Positions 1-13,300 of a stretch of DNA of 41,634 bases are shown here, one piece after another. Source of the DNA: Coniocarpon cinnabarinum (Eukaryota); the NCBI GenBank assembly GCA_051942205.1, contig JAVECO010000193.1, forward strand, positions 1 to 41,634, given 5' to 3'. The notes beneath the pieces were generated by a model. That model was not told where the DNA came from, did no database searches, and saw only the letters and a program-made list of their open reading frames with translations. The position numbers and the translations under genes are program-made. Positions within the stretch are counted from its first letter, which is position 1; the number at the start of each line of letters is the position of its first letter.

Positions 1-2705
1 ATTTATTCCTAAGTTTTTAAAGATTATAAAGCCTATAATAGAGCTTATAAAGAAGGATTAAAGATTCTAGTAGACTAAAGCTTATTAAGCAGCTTTTATA
101 TAAATTAAGATACGTTTTAAAGAAGGCGGTATACTAGCTTACTTTAACCTAGATAAGAGGACTGTTATTAAGCCTAATACCTCTAATTAGGTTACTGCTA
201 TAGTTCTATCTTAATATAATAAATAAGAAGTTTTACGCCCTATTATATTTATATTAAAGAAAATGCTCCTAGTAAAATATAACTATAAGATCTATAATAA
301 GGAGCTACTAGTAATTATTTAAGCCTTTAAGAAATAGACCGCTAAGCTTAAGTCTATTAATTAGCCTATATAAGTCCTATCTAACTATAAGAACCTAAAA
401 TACTTTATATTAATAAAGAAGCTTACAGCTAGATAAGCTTATTAGAGTAAATTTCTATTCTAATTTAATTTCTAGATTTAGTACCGCCTAGGCAAGCAAA
501 ATAGCAAACCTAATACCCTTACTAGGATCTCTACTAACCGTCCCTAGTTAGTAGAGGACGACCGGGTCTAGTAGCGTAGGCAGCAATTACTTAAGCTATA
601 TTAAATTCTAAGACTAGCTCTAATCGAACCTAAATAGAATCCTAGTACAGACTAAATAGATATTAATTAGCAAGAAGCTTATTATATAGATCTGCTAGTA
701 CAAAGAATTTAAGAAAAGCTTTAATAAGGCGTAGCAACTAATACTAAGCTTAAACTGCTAAATTACTAGCTAACAGAGTATAGATTCTAGTACTATAAAA
801 AGGACTATATCCCTAAATCTATCCGTATAGTAGTTATATAGCACTTCTACAAATTACCCCTATACAAATATAAAGGATCTACCGCGCTCTTTACTCTTCT
901 CTGTTAATAATACTTTTAGCCCTCTATATACTAAGACGTCCCTTAGTTCTGCCGTAGCTATAAAAGTTACGGACATAACAACTATTTAATAAGAAAGCCC
1001 CTAGGCTTATTATACCTACTAGAGGCCCCCTAGAAGGCTTTTTAGCACCTAACCCTTAACTTTGTTAGCCTACTACCTACTAGTAAGTATTAGGGGTAGA
1101 AGTTCTAACATATTCTCTAGGTAGTTAATCGCCTTACTAAGCAAGTTTAGCTAATCCCTATGCCTAATATTACCGTATTAACTATTACTAAGGCTTTTAT
1201 TAAATACGTCTTTTAATTCGCTAGACTACCTAATTCCCTAGTATCTAACTAAGGTTTAGTATTCTTATTAAAATTTTAGAACGTCTTTTATAAGAAACTA
1301 GATATCAAATATAAGCTTTTAATAGCCTACTATCCTAAAATAGATAGATAAACTAAATAGGTAAATTAGACGTTAGCAACCTACCTATAGCACTATGTTA
1401 ACTACCTATAAGACGATTAGGCAAAATAGCTCCCTATTATAGAGTTCTATACTAATAACTATATTAATACGAGCACTAGCATCTCCCCCTTTTTTACAGC
1501 TTTTAGACACCACCCCTAGATATAGTTCGAGCCTAAATTAACGGCGCACTAACCCTAGCCTACTACAGGCTTTGCCTAGGACATAGAGCGTATCTACTAA
1601 TATTATAATAAGGCTCTATAATTAGTATAAGCCACCTAGTTAAGCTTAGTAAATAAGCACTGCCTACTAGCCCCCTAGTTAAAAGCTAGCAATTAAGTCT
1701 TTCTAGATATTAGGTACTTGTAACGCTAAAGGCCCTTAGTAAAACTTAACTTAATTTATATAGGTCCCTATAAAATAATTAGAATAAAGATACCTCTAGT
1801 CGCCTAGCTTAAGCTTCTCTAAGGCATAAAGATTAACAATAGATTCTATATCTCTTTACTATGTCTATGTTTCTTAGACGCCTACCCTAAATAGCTATAG
1901 TAGCAGCTACTACCCCTAGAAGTTTAGAAAGAAAGCCTACCCTTATATAAAGTTAAGGATATTTTAGACTTAAAGTATTAATACTATAAGCTCTAATACC
2001 TAATTAAATAGGCAGGTTATTAAGAACCTATATAGAAACCCTAGGAGAACGTTAACAATACTAAAGAAGCAAAGGATACCTATTATAAAGCCTACCCTCT
2101 ACGCCCTAGCCCTAGTATATCTATCTAGTTAATTAAACGCCCTCTCTAAGTACTATAAAAAAGAAATTAGATATAAAACTAGTAATAGTTTTGCTACTCT
2201 ATTCTAAGAGGCAACTCTCTATAGTTAACTATATATAAGACTTTAATATTATTAACCCTAATAGGGGACGATAGAGAACTAAGTATATAGTTAACTAGAG
2301 TATTAACCTACTAGCTATTAGACCTAATAAGCGACAACCCTACTTCTCTAGTAAATTAACCGCCTATATAAAACTTAAACTAAGGGCCCTTAATACTATT
2401 AAATACGTGTACCTAATAGGTTAGTTAACTAACTACACTACTAGTAGCAGCAAACAAGATATAATAGCTAAATATAAATATATCTAAGTAGGAGCTTAGT
2501 ATATAGAAGAGGGGAGTAATATAAGAATTTAGATCTAGATGTAAGGGATTATATAATACGATAGAGTATACAACCCTAAGGGCTTAGCACACAATTATTT
2601 AAGATAGACTCGTTATAGAGAAGCTTCCTTCTTCTCTATACAACGTCCTTTATAGTTAGGCCGTCCTTAGGTAGCAATAAGAGCTTCTAGGTCGCGATCC
2701 TTACA
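1..2705 (+). mobile_element. Ty3/Gypsy (chromovirus) LTR retrotransposon 1, 3' part: RIP-degraded RNase H, integrase, chromodomain, PPT and 3' LTR
   Basis: RIP-corrected motifs: RNase H (D-A-S-D-W..., NYEIYDKELLAI at ~275-320), integrase (YHP.TDGQTE at ~1325-1360), chromodomain (YEVEDILDS...YLIKWAGY..PTWEP at ~1945-2055). PPT agaagagggga precedes the LTR at 2520. Many TAA/TAG stops. Confidence 0.92.
2520..2705 (+). repeat. 3' LTR of element 1 (LTR family A, ~186 bp)
   Basis: Follows the PPT. Starts tataagaat (RIP of tgtaagaat) and ends cttaca. Near-identical to copies at 9608, 39911 and 41130. Confidence 0.93.
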
Positions 2706-5700
2706 AGTCCTAATAATCCTATATTTAGGTACTTCTCTATTAAAAGAAGCTAAAGGAATAAAAGTATATTAACACTAACGCTTAGAAATAGCATATTCTT
2801 AGAGAAAATAAGTATAACTACTTTTTTAGAGATTTGCTTTATAAGCTCGCTTAGGGAGACAAAAAAGCTAGAGAGTTACTCTTCTAGCTCTATAAGCTAC
2901 AAAGATACAAACCTACGCCTAAGGACTACTAAGAGATATCCCTAAAATAGCGTCTTTTATAGCGGTTACCTAAAGACTATTACTAACGTAAGAGAATATA
3001 TAACAACAAACCTAATCTAGAACTTTAAGAACTTTAGAATTATAAAATTAAGGAAGTACTAGAAATACAACTTAATATACTAGGATATACTAAGATTAAG
3101 AAAACTATAAAGACTATTATACTACCTTTACAAGAATCTACTTTAAAAACTAATAGTATTAATTAGAACTAACATGTCCCTATTAAAAACTACCTAATAC
3201 TATGTATAGGAACAATTAAGAAGATTAATAATTTATCCTTATTAGAGGACAAAGAGGAATTTTAGAACGCTATATTACTACTCCTAGCTATTAATCCGCA
3301 AACTTACTAACTAGTTTCACCTAGATAGCTTATAATATCACCTATAAGATATAAAGATAGAACGTAGGATACCTATATTTCCTATATATCTAGACCTAAG
3401 TTTAAAGAATTTTAATAATTAATCCTAAATAAAGGAAAAGAAGAATAGTTCTACCTTACAACAGAACTTTTAAAAGATAGCGTTATTGCGGCTAAAGTAG
3501 TACTAAAATAACGATTAAGGACGCTATACCCTAACTTAACTCTTTCTCTATAGAGAAGAATAGCCTAGAATAGATTAAGGCGCTACTTAATAGAACACTA
3601 GTTATAATTCTTATTAATTTAGAAGTAGTAGCAAATTTTATTAATTACTAAATAGTCTTACATATTAAAGAAAAACTATATAAGATACTAGTCTATTTGC
3701 TAGGCGTTAGCAATAGATCTAAAAACGCATTTTAAAAAGGATAAGTTATATATAAAGTTAGAACTATTATAAGAATAGAAAGATTTATAGAAAAAATTAC
3801 ATTTAACGTTACTAGTCTAGGAAGAAAATAAGCAATACTAGAAACACTATTTCTAGATTAGTTTATTCTAGATTAGAGAGGCGTACTAACAAATTTTGCT
3901 ACTTAAGGCGTATAACCTACGCACAAAGCAACAAACATAAAACTAGATTATAAACTAACGTTACTTAACACATTTAATATTAATAACGCTAGTATATAAG
4001 ATAAAGCTTACTTATATAACAATATATAGCTATATAAAATATATAGAAAGGTTAAAGAATAGACCACCTAAGCTAAGAAGAAGATTTATAATAAGGGTAA
4101 AGCAATACTCTTAACTACTAGCTTACCTAAGGTTTATAGAAAATTTAAGAGAATTTTCTAGGAAGAAGTAAAAAATAATTTACTAGAACACGCTAATTAG
4201 GATTATAGCATTAAGTTTTTGCTAGAAACTAAACCTAAAGGTATACGACTTTACCCTATAAATCTAGCTTATAAAGAGAAATGCTAAAATTATGTTAATA
4301 AGCTACTTAAGCGAAAGTTTATTTAATTATTAAAGGTACTAGTTTTCTACTTATTATTCTTTGTACTAAAGAAAGGAGATAAGCTTTAACTAGTTATTAA
4401 CTATTAGCAACTAAATAATATTACAAAAAAGGATAGGTATCTATTGCTAAATATTAGAGAAATAATTAACTATCTCTAAGGTTCTAAATTCTTTATAAAG
4501 ATGGACCTACGCGGTACCTTCAACCTAATCCAGATTAAGAAGGAAGACGAGTAGAAGATAGCTTTTAAAATACTATCTAGTATATACAAATACCTTGTTA
4601 TACCTTTTAGACTTACTAACGCACCTATAACCTTTTAAAAGTATATTAACAATGTTCTACACAAATACCTTAATATCTTTGTACTCGCATATCTTAATAA
4701 CATTATTATCTTTTTAAAGATACTTAAAGAACATTTAAAATATATTAAATAGGTATTATAGTAGCTTAATAAGTATAAACTATAAGTTAACCTTAATAAA
4801 TATAAATTCTATGTTAAAGAAATAGAATTCCTTAGATTTATTGTTAAAGGTAACAAGATAAAAATATTTAATAATAAAATTAAAGTAATTATTAAATAGC
4901 TAACACCTAAGACTATTAAGAATATTTAGTTATTCCTAGGCTTTAGAAATTTCTATTAACGGTTTATTAAAGGATACTCTAAAGGAGGGAAAGCCCTTAT
5001 AGAGCTTACTAAGAAAGACGTACCCTTTATATAGAGTAACGATTAACAACAAGTATTTAATAAACTTAAGGAATAATTTACTTAAGAACTAGTTATACGT
5101 ACCTTCGACTACTATAAACTAATTACTATTAAAACGGATACCTCTAACTATACTATTAAAGCTTATCTATTGTAAGTAGACAAGGATAGAAAGTTGTACC
5201 CTATTATATACTATTTATAAACACTTACTAAGCCTAAGCTTAACTATAATATTCATAATAAGGAGCTACTAGCAATTATTGCCTCTCTTAAGTACTAGAA
5301 GATTTACTATATAATTCTAAAATATTAGATTTAAGTCCTTATAGATTATTAGAACCTTACGCATTTTATAATAAGTATAATACTTAATAGACGATTAGTA
5401 TAATAGGCAGAGAAACTTATAAACTTTAATATTGATATTTTCTACTAACCTAGAGTAAACAACGCAAGAGCTAATACTCTCTCCTACTAGCTAGATTACC
5501 TAGGGAACAAAATATAAATTTTATACGCTATACTTAAGGAAAATCTAGATAGGACACTTTTAAACAACTTAATTAATCTTAATACTCTCTTTTAGATTAA
5601 ATAGCATAATATTATAAAACAACTTTTAGATAGATACTAGAAGGACCCTAAAAGCAAATATATTAAAAGAAACCTTACTAGAGACCCTACTAGCTAACTT

Positions 5701-6946
5701 CTTAAATATTATAGACTTATCTATGTGCTAACTTAGATATACAAATCCTTTATTAAGGATTATTATAAATAAGGGCACTAAGGTACAATAGCAACAGTTA
5801 AAAAGATAAGCTAAGAGTACTTTATCCTAGGCTTACGACACAAGACATAATAGGTCTACAACAAATATAATATTTATTCTAGATCCTAATAGGATAGACA
5901 TAAAACCTATAGTAAACTACAACCACTCCTATTACTAAATAAGCTATAGCAGACGGTTACAATAGACTTTATTACTAATTTACCCTAATTAATTAACCCT
6001 AGTAATTTTTCTACCTATAATTCGATTTATGTTATTATAGACAAACTTATAAAGTACTCGTACTTTATCCTAACAATCTCTACGTTAATAGTATTAGGAT
6101 TTATATTTATCTTCCTTAGGCACATTATATTACAACATAGCGCGCTAGAGCAGATAATTTTAGATTAAGATAAATTATTTATGTTACACTTTTAAAGATT
6201 ACTTATATCACTTATAGGAATCAAAAGAAAACTTAGTACTTTATTTTACCTATAGACGGACGGCCAAACCAAACAAACGAACTAGACGCTAGAAGAGTTC
6301 CTTAGGAAGTATATAAATTATTAACAAGACAATTAGGTATCGCTTCTGCTACTAGTATAGTTTATACACAACTTAAGCTACTTATAACTAACTAAAGAAA
6401 CTCTATTCTTTGTAAATTATAGACTAAACCTAGAACTTATATATAGATCTATTGTAGAAAGAAACTTAGCAGCTTAAGCCAAAATATCGCACTATTAACT
6501 TTAAGATTTATACTAAATTCTACGTATTAACTATAACTATTTACGCTAGAAAATAACCTACTATACCAACAAATATAGATCTAAGAGTCTAGATCTAAAG
6601 GAAAGGGATACCGTCTACCTATAAAGAAAAAATATTAAAATAAAACGACTAAGTAATAAACTAGACTTTACAAAACTTAAACTATTCAAAATTTTAAAGA
6701 AACTTAGACCTATAACATACAAGTTAAGGCTACTAGACACTATAAGAATATATCCTATATTCTACGTCTTATTACTAGAACCTACTACAAATCAGGAAAC
6801 TATAAAACTAGTACTAATTTATAAAGACTTATAAGACCTTAAATATAAGGTTAAATCTATTCTCGACTACTAATAGATACAAGGAAAATATAAATACCTT
6901 ATTAAATAAAAGGACTACACTAACAAGGACAACACTTAGGAACTAA

Positions 6947-7552
6947 CTAAGAACCTAAACAGTTGCTAGGACTTACTTTAAGACTATTACTGTTAAGCAA
7001 GGCAAAATTCTTCTACAACAAAGCATTAGGTATAAATTCTCTACTAGGATATACGATAGCATCTAAGCCTTCTTCTAAGTTTATAGTATCTATACTAGTA
7101 GCCTTAGTAATCTCTAACTTATTTAGGATTTAGACCTCCTATAACACTATCTTATAACCTTCTTTCTCTAATTAAATCTCTTCTAATTTAAGCTTTATAA
7201 TCTCTTTCTTTTGCCTCTAAACTTTAGCAGTTATACGCTCTTAATAAGTACAAATTTTAGTAAGCTTTTAAGAAAGTTTATTAACTGCCAAAAGTTAGTA
7301 AAGCTACTATAAGATAACTAAATATAGCTTACTATAGGTACCTAAAAATATAATAGAATAGTTTATGTTCTTCTCTAAACAACGTAGGTACGACATATAA
7401 AAGGACAACACTTAATATACGCTTCTAGCAGATTAATAGGAACTATAACTAGGCATAATTATACAATAATTTAATTTAAGTTTAGATAAGGTCTTTAAAT
7501 AACGAAGATAACAAGCTTTAGCTAAACTATAGTTAGACAAACGTTTTAATAT
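6947..7552 (-). pseudogene. RIP-damaged antisense gene of element 2: Zn(II)2Cys6-like cluster plus coiled coil, with a 48-nt intron (7285-7332)
   Basis: Minus frame reads PS[Y]SS[Y]*SARSV[Y]*VLSFYMS[Y]LRCLEKNIN[Y]S. Reverting TAY to TGY (RIP) gives C-x2-C-x6-C-x8-C-x2-C-x6-C at 7358-7447. Intron GTAAGC...TACTAAC...CAG, followed by an E/K/L-rich heptad-like stretch. Gene ends are approximate. Confidence 0.75.
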
Positions 7553-7646
7553 AACTAAACATACTTACTAATAACAAAGAAATAGACAGCAGATAGACAG
7601 CAACTTATAGACAATTAAGAACAAATTATTATAAAGAAGGGGCTAA

Positions 7647-8158
7647 TATTATAACATACGCTAGCTAGTAGGGCTAATTACTAGGAAAGGCAACAGACAA
7701 GGTATCTAGGTATATTCAATAGGTTACGTAATATAGGTAGCTTAGGTCGCTGCATACATATAACTACCCTAACTACCTATAGGTAGCTGCAGTTAGTTAG
7801 GTAGCTTAACTGCCTAGACTACCTAGACTACCTATAACATTATATAGGCTTAATAGAGAACCTCTATAGTTTGACATCGTTTAAATTTAGAATTAACCTA
7901 ACTTATAAGTTATAAACTACTAAACTAATTACTTACTAGTTTATAGCGTACCTTACTTTCTTAGATAGTACTACTACTATTAAATAAAGTAACCTTCGCT
8001 ATAGTAGTACGCTAGTTACTCTTCCCTTTAGCCCTTACTACCTTTATCCCTTTGTGTTGTTCCCTATTATATTCTTCTATAGCAAAGGTTCTTATCCCTA
8101 GGACAGCCCTGTGCCTCCTTGGATACTCGAGGTTAGGGTCCTCTATAGGGGCGTTACA
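7647..8158 (+). repeat. 3' LTR of element 2 (LTR family B, ~512 bp)
   Basis: Follows the PPT. Starts tattat (RIP of tgttac) and ends gcgttaca. Shares a ~100 bp block with the solo LTR at 36530-37053 (minus strand). Confidence 0.75.
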
Positions 8159-9360
8159 TATACTTATAGTAAAATCTTTAATAGCATAATACAAGTATTT
8201 TCTATAAGTTTTTATATATATAAATTCTAGTTACTCTTTTTTATTTTTAAAATACATTAGTACTATTTACTACTTAGATTCTTTTAATGTACTAGTTATC
8301 TATAAAGTAATTTAAGTATTTTTTTAGTTTTTCACTAAATATATTTTAAAGTACTATTTAGTCTTAAATACCTACTAATTGAATACTAGTATATATGCTT
8401 AGTTTAATAAAAAAACTTCTTTTAAAATAAAAATAGAGAACATTTATTTATAGATATATTATAGTAATACTTATAAAACATTAATAAATTATTTTTATAG
8501 CGCTTTTTAGTCTTTCTATATTAGTAATTTTCTTAGTAAAGGAATATAGAGAATAAGAGAGGGCATAGAAAACTATAGAGAATAAAACATTTTTGCTTAA
8601 TATAGTAGTATATAATTATATATAGTAAAAAAGATTGTATAGTTAATAAGTTAGGTAATAATTACTATCTTAGAAGTTTTTATTATAGAAGGCTTACCCT
8701 TTTAGGTACTAGCGTAGTTTAAACCTAAAGTTTAAGAAAATGATATAAAAAATATGCTAGCGTCTTAACGAGTAAGCCCTCTACTATTAAAACTTTTATT
8801 AAAGTAATTTATTATCTTAATTCGTTAGCTATGTAATTCTTTTCATTATATATGGTATATATACTACTATGTTAAGCGGGGAATTTTTATTCTCTATAGA
8901 TTTCTATGTTCTTACTTATTCTCTATATCCTTCTTTTAAGGGATTTACTAATATATTTATTAACTTTCTTTTAAGACTTTATTAGCTTTTCTTTACTCTT
9001 ATCTTTTTTATTCTATGTAGCTATATTTAAAGTAATACTAATATATTACTTTAGTTAGTTAAAAGTATATAAAGTATACTTTATTTTTTACTTAAAAGCT
9101 TACTTTACTAAATTTATAGTAACTATAATTATAATTTCATCGACTATACCAAAGAACTAGGCTATATATTATTATACTTATATTATTGTTTTACACGTAT
9201 ACTTTTTTAGTATTTATTATATATACTAAAAAAATTATAAATAATACTAACTATTAACTAAACCGTTTTGATATGAAATAAACATAGAAATTAAGTTCTT
9301 TCTAGTACTATTCTAATATTATCCTAATATTATTACCTTAATTAAAAATAGTTAAGTTTA
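8159..9360. repeat. Extremely AT-rich, heavily RIP-degraded repeat of unassigned family
   Basis: Very high AT and TpA content; no recognisable ORF. Confidence 0.5.
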
Positions 9361-9380
9361 AAAAGAAAGGTAGTATTAAT

Positions 9381-9871
9381 AATTATAATTCTATCTTACT
9401 ACCTCTATTTTTTCTACTATAATTCTATTTAGAAGCTATTAATATAATAACTATATATATTACGTCTTGTTATATAATTTTTTAAATAAATATTATAACT
9501 AAGTACTAGTTTAGATATAAAGGTATAGGCAGCGTATATTACTTTATATTTTTATTATATATCTAAATCTACTTTAAATATATATGGATAGCCTATATTC
9601 TTATAGATGTGAGAATTCAGATCTGGATGCAAGGGATCACGTGATGCGATAGGGTATACAACCCTAAGGGCTTAACACACAATTATTTAAGATAGACTCG
9701 TTGTAGAGAAGCTTTCTTCTTCTCTATGCAACGTCTTTTATAGTTAGGCCGTCCTTAGCTAGCAGCAATAATAGCTTACAGGTCGCGATCCTTACAATAG
9801 ATAATTATTTTATAGTTTTTATAATATTATTAGTTACTCTATATACTTAATAAATTTTACTCTTAACTTTT
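9381..9871 (+). repeat. Heavily RIP-degraded copy of repeat family D (LTR-like), interrupted by solo LTR A
   Basis: Aligns with the reverse complement of 40448-40753 (ctatttagaagctattaa, aggtataggcagc, ttactcttaacttt). Preceded by purine tract aaaaagaaagg. Confidence 0.65.
9608..9796 (+). repeat. Solo LTR, family A, with 5-bp TSD ATAGA
   Basis: TG...CA ends (tgtgagaattc...ccttaca); ATAGA at 9603-9607 and 9797-9801. Confidence 0.95.
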
Positions 9872-9954
9872 CTTTATTAATATCAAGGCATCTTATAGAT
9901 ATTATATAGTAGAGATTTTTACTATCTATAACTATACCCTTTTAAATAGGTATG

Positions 9955-10363
9955 TGTTACGCCGCTAGGCCAATTCCAGAAGTTAGCACAGCCCTATCAT
10001 GAGCGGACGCAGCCAGCCTCGCGACCTAACGTCTGTTAACACTAAAGGCCGTAGGAAGGACCTGCAGCCGGTCGCAGAGGTTGCTGCGACCTTAGCAACT
10101 AGGTCGTAGAAGAATTAGCGACCTTACTATCTATATAGCCGGACTAAAGGACGACCCTTAGGATAAACTTTAGTCTACCAACTTATAGTCTAAATATAAT
10201 TTGTTTATACTAAGTTATAAGCTTTATACTTTACCTAAAACCCCTTATTTCTAACTTAAAGAGACTTAAGAGCGAGTCCTCTAGCTTTAGAACCTCTAGC
10301 TCTCTCCCTAACTGTATTGTAAAAGGAAGCTACTAAGGGATTATCCTCTGACCCCGCGTAACA
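9955..10363 (+). repeat. 5' LTR of element 3 (family C)
   Basis: tgttacgccg...cgcgtaaca; direct repeat of 16782-17190. Confidence 0.96.
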
Positions 10364-13300
10364 CTTTAGTAGACTTACTAGAAGAGACTAAGTTCTATTG
10401 CAAATAATATGTCTACTATATTAGGACTAACCTTACGCCGTCCCTAGGCTCAGTCCTCGGAGGATAGGTAGACCGATCTAGCGATTATAGTGGCAATATC
10501 TGCTGTAGGTAATATGTCTAAAGCAAATATTAAAATAAAGGAAACCTTTAATAGTAACCAGAATAAGCTAACCTTATTCCTTATTAAGCTTAAATCTATA
10601 TTTAAGGTTAACAATAACAATTTTCTAAACAAACTAACTAAGGTACTTTTTGCGGCATCTTATTTGGAAGGAGATGCGGCTAAGTGGTTTAACTTTTATA
10701 TAGAAGACTAGCTACATAAGACCCTACGCGATCGCCTTCTAGAAACTAACAGTTACTTTAGCAGCTACGTATATTTTAAAAAAGAACTTAATAAAATCTA
10801 TAGAGACTAAGATGTTGGGCGCACTACTATTCGAAAGATCAAGTATCTCCGATAAACGGGATCTATTGTAAAGTACATAGCTGAGTACCTCTAGTATTTA
10901 ACTAAGACTAGATAGAATAAGAAGCCTCTTATAGACGTATTCTATAATAGTCTTAAGGATCATGTTAAAGAAAAAATTGATAATCTTACTAAGTTTGATA
11001 ATCTTGAAGATATAATAGAAAAAGTATGGTTAATTGATTAACGCAACTACGAACGACAGCTTAAAAAGAAGGGCAGTAAATTCTCTAGGGGATTCTAAGG
11101 TTAATACAAGGACTATAGAGACCTAATACAGGGAATTAAGTATATAGAGCTTAAGCCTTGTAAAAAACTTACGTAACAAGAATATGAACACTAGATAAAA
11201 AATAAACTTTGCCTTTACTGTGGTAACCTAGGACACCGAGTTAATTAGTACTAGCGGAAGAAATCTACTAACAAGGTTAACAAATTAAAGAAACCTTAAC
11301 AACAGGTCTACGTACTTGAATTATAATCTAATATAACTAGAGAAGAGGCGCTAGCTATAATTGAAGCTAGGACTACGAATAGCCTAACTCTTTTTACACG
11401 AATCCTAGAAATTGTTAGGAAAGCAGTAGACCCACTTATAGATTATAAAGCAAATTTATAGGAAATGCAAGGAATATGTAAATAAATAGATTAAGATTAG
11501 CAAGATATCAAGGAACTTTAGAACTACCTTGAGAAACAACAAGAATAGGACTTTCTAAACGAATTAGTAAATATAGTCGAACCCAAGGAACTCTATCAAC
11601 TAACCTAGAATACACTTAAGGGACTAGGATTGTCTAAACGTAATCATCTAACCTGGCACAGGTATATTCAAGATCTAACACTAGAACAATGAAGTAAATT
11701 CTAGGACGGATTTATTAACTAGAACAAATCTAAAGGAATATCTTAGGAAGATATTAAGGATATATAACAAGGCTGGGACTCTTATAAATAGAATTTACCT
11801 CTAAAAGTATAAGCACTAGCAAAGGAACGTTTAGGATTCTATAATAACAATATTAACCCTAAACATCTAGAATATTCAAAATTATTATAGATAGGATGCT
11901 ATAACGATGCCTGTAAGGTCTATATCTTGGATAAAGAAGGTGCGGGATGGTTCCTACGACATCCTTAGAAGCATACCTTTGCGGCGATCGAACGCGCCTT
12001 AACGCCCTTTCTACCTAAATCTTAGACTTAGACAGGTGACCTATTATACGACGAATCTTAGGAACTTAACCGGCTTAAATCTAAAGCGCTTAACTAAGAC
12101 TCTTAAGCAGACGGTACGGAATCTAAAGCTAGCAATAATACTAATAGTTTAAGCCTAGAAAGCGAATATTTAGTAGAAAACAATTTTATAAAGAATTATT
12201 AGACAAGAATGCTCTAGAGACTTAGTATAATCGCCTTTCATAAGGGTAGGCGAAGTGCTAAGTATAAACTAGATAACCTAGAGAAACACATTAAAATACG
12301 CCTACAGAATCTCGTTAAATATACAATTAACATATTATAACTAAGACGTAAGTATAATATAAACAGCTTAACAAGCATCAGCCTACGAACATATCAAGTT
12401 ATAACTCCGGATAGTTGGGAAATCACTATTATAGAACAAGGCGACATCCAATGTCGTCTCGAGCCAGCTGGAATCTACCTATCAACTTCTTTTTTAGGGC
12501 AACTAGGGAGCAAATGGTACCTTCTCGACAGCTTAATTTAATTATATGCTTAATAGACGGGACAAACCCTCTTCTATCCTTAACGTATCAACAAAGAAGA
12601 AAGAGGCTAAACCTGGACACGATAATAGTAGGATCCTTTAATCTAGAAACATTGACTATCGTTATTTAGTTGAACAGTAGAGTTATTTAAGTTCTTCTTA
12701 ACTCTAGCGCATTTAAGAATTTTATATTAATACAATATATAAAATACTATAGATTACAAATATAGAAAAAATACTACACGTATTACTTAGATACAGCGGA
12801 TAGTAACCCTATTAATTATAACAATAGACTAGTTAATATAGAAACTTCTTTAATAAATATACAAATATAAGATTATAAAGAAGACATTACCTTTAACGTT
12901 ACAAACGTTGGACAAAACCTAGCGGTGCTAGGACGACCCTAGATTATACAATATAACCCTAACATAAATTAGGCTACTAAAAAGGTCCTATTTACGAGGT
13001 ACAACTGCTCGCAAGATTATGCGTCATTCTGCGGAATAGATACCCTATAGGCTCGAATAGAGAGTAAGAATAAGGAGCGTAATAAAGAAATTATAATAGC
13101 TTGCACCGCTAAACTCCGACAGCACGATAACTTAGAAGAAGACATCAGTCTAACTTCTAGAGTTGTACCGCGCGTAACTTATAAATAGAGTTAGGGCTAA
13201 CGATCTTATACAAGTACTCTAAAGGTAAAGGAGATACTAAAGGAATATAGCTAATTCTACTATTTGTTTAAGGAGAAGAAGCTAGCCTCCGCTCTCCCAA

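Larger units (their letters stand above)
2706..8158 (+). mobile_element. Ty3/Gypsy (chromovirus) retrotransposon 2, RIP-degraded gag remainder/PR/RT/RH/IN/CHD and 3' LTR; 5' part absent from the window, probably interrupted by element 1
   Basis: Protease (LIDSGA-like, ~3610-3650), RT (MDLRGTFNLI 4501, MPFGLTNAP ~4600, AYLDDIII ~4687), RNase H (~5130-5290), integrase (TDGQTKQTN ~6256), chromodomain (~6843-6990), PPT aaagaagggg 7633-7642. Confidence 0.93.

Noticed and set aside
2110..2470. Antisense zinc-cluster gene in element 1
   Set aside because: No Cys/Tyr spacing pattern or intron found on the minus strand. A different degraded frame is possible but unsupported.
8012..8194. 60-aa ORF
   Set aside because: Lies mostly in an LTR and crosses its boundary; likely a chance ORF.
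10490..10711. Listed ORF as a standalone gene
   Set aside because: Stop-free fragment of the RIP-damaged gag.
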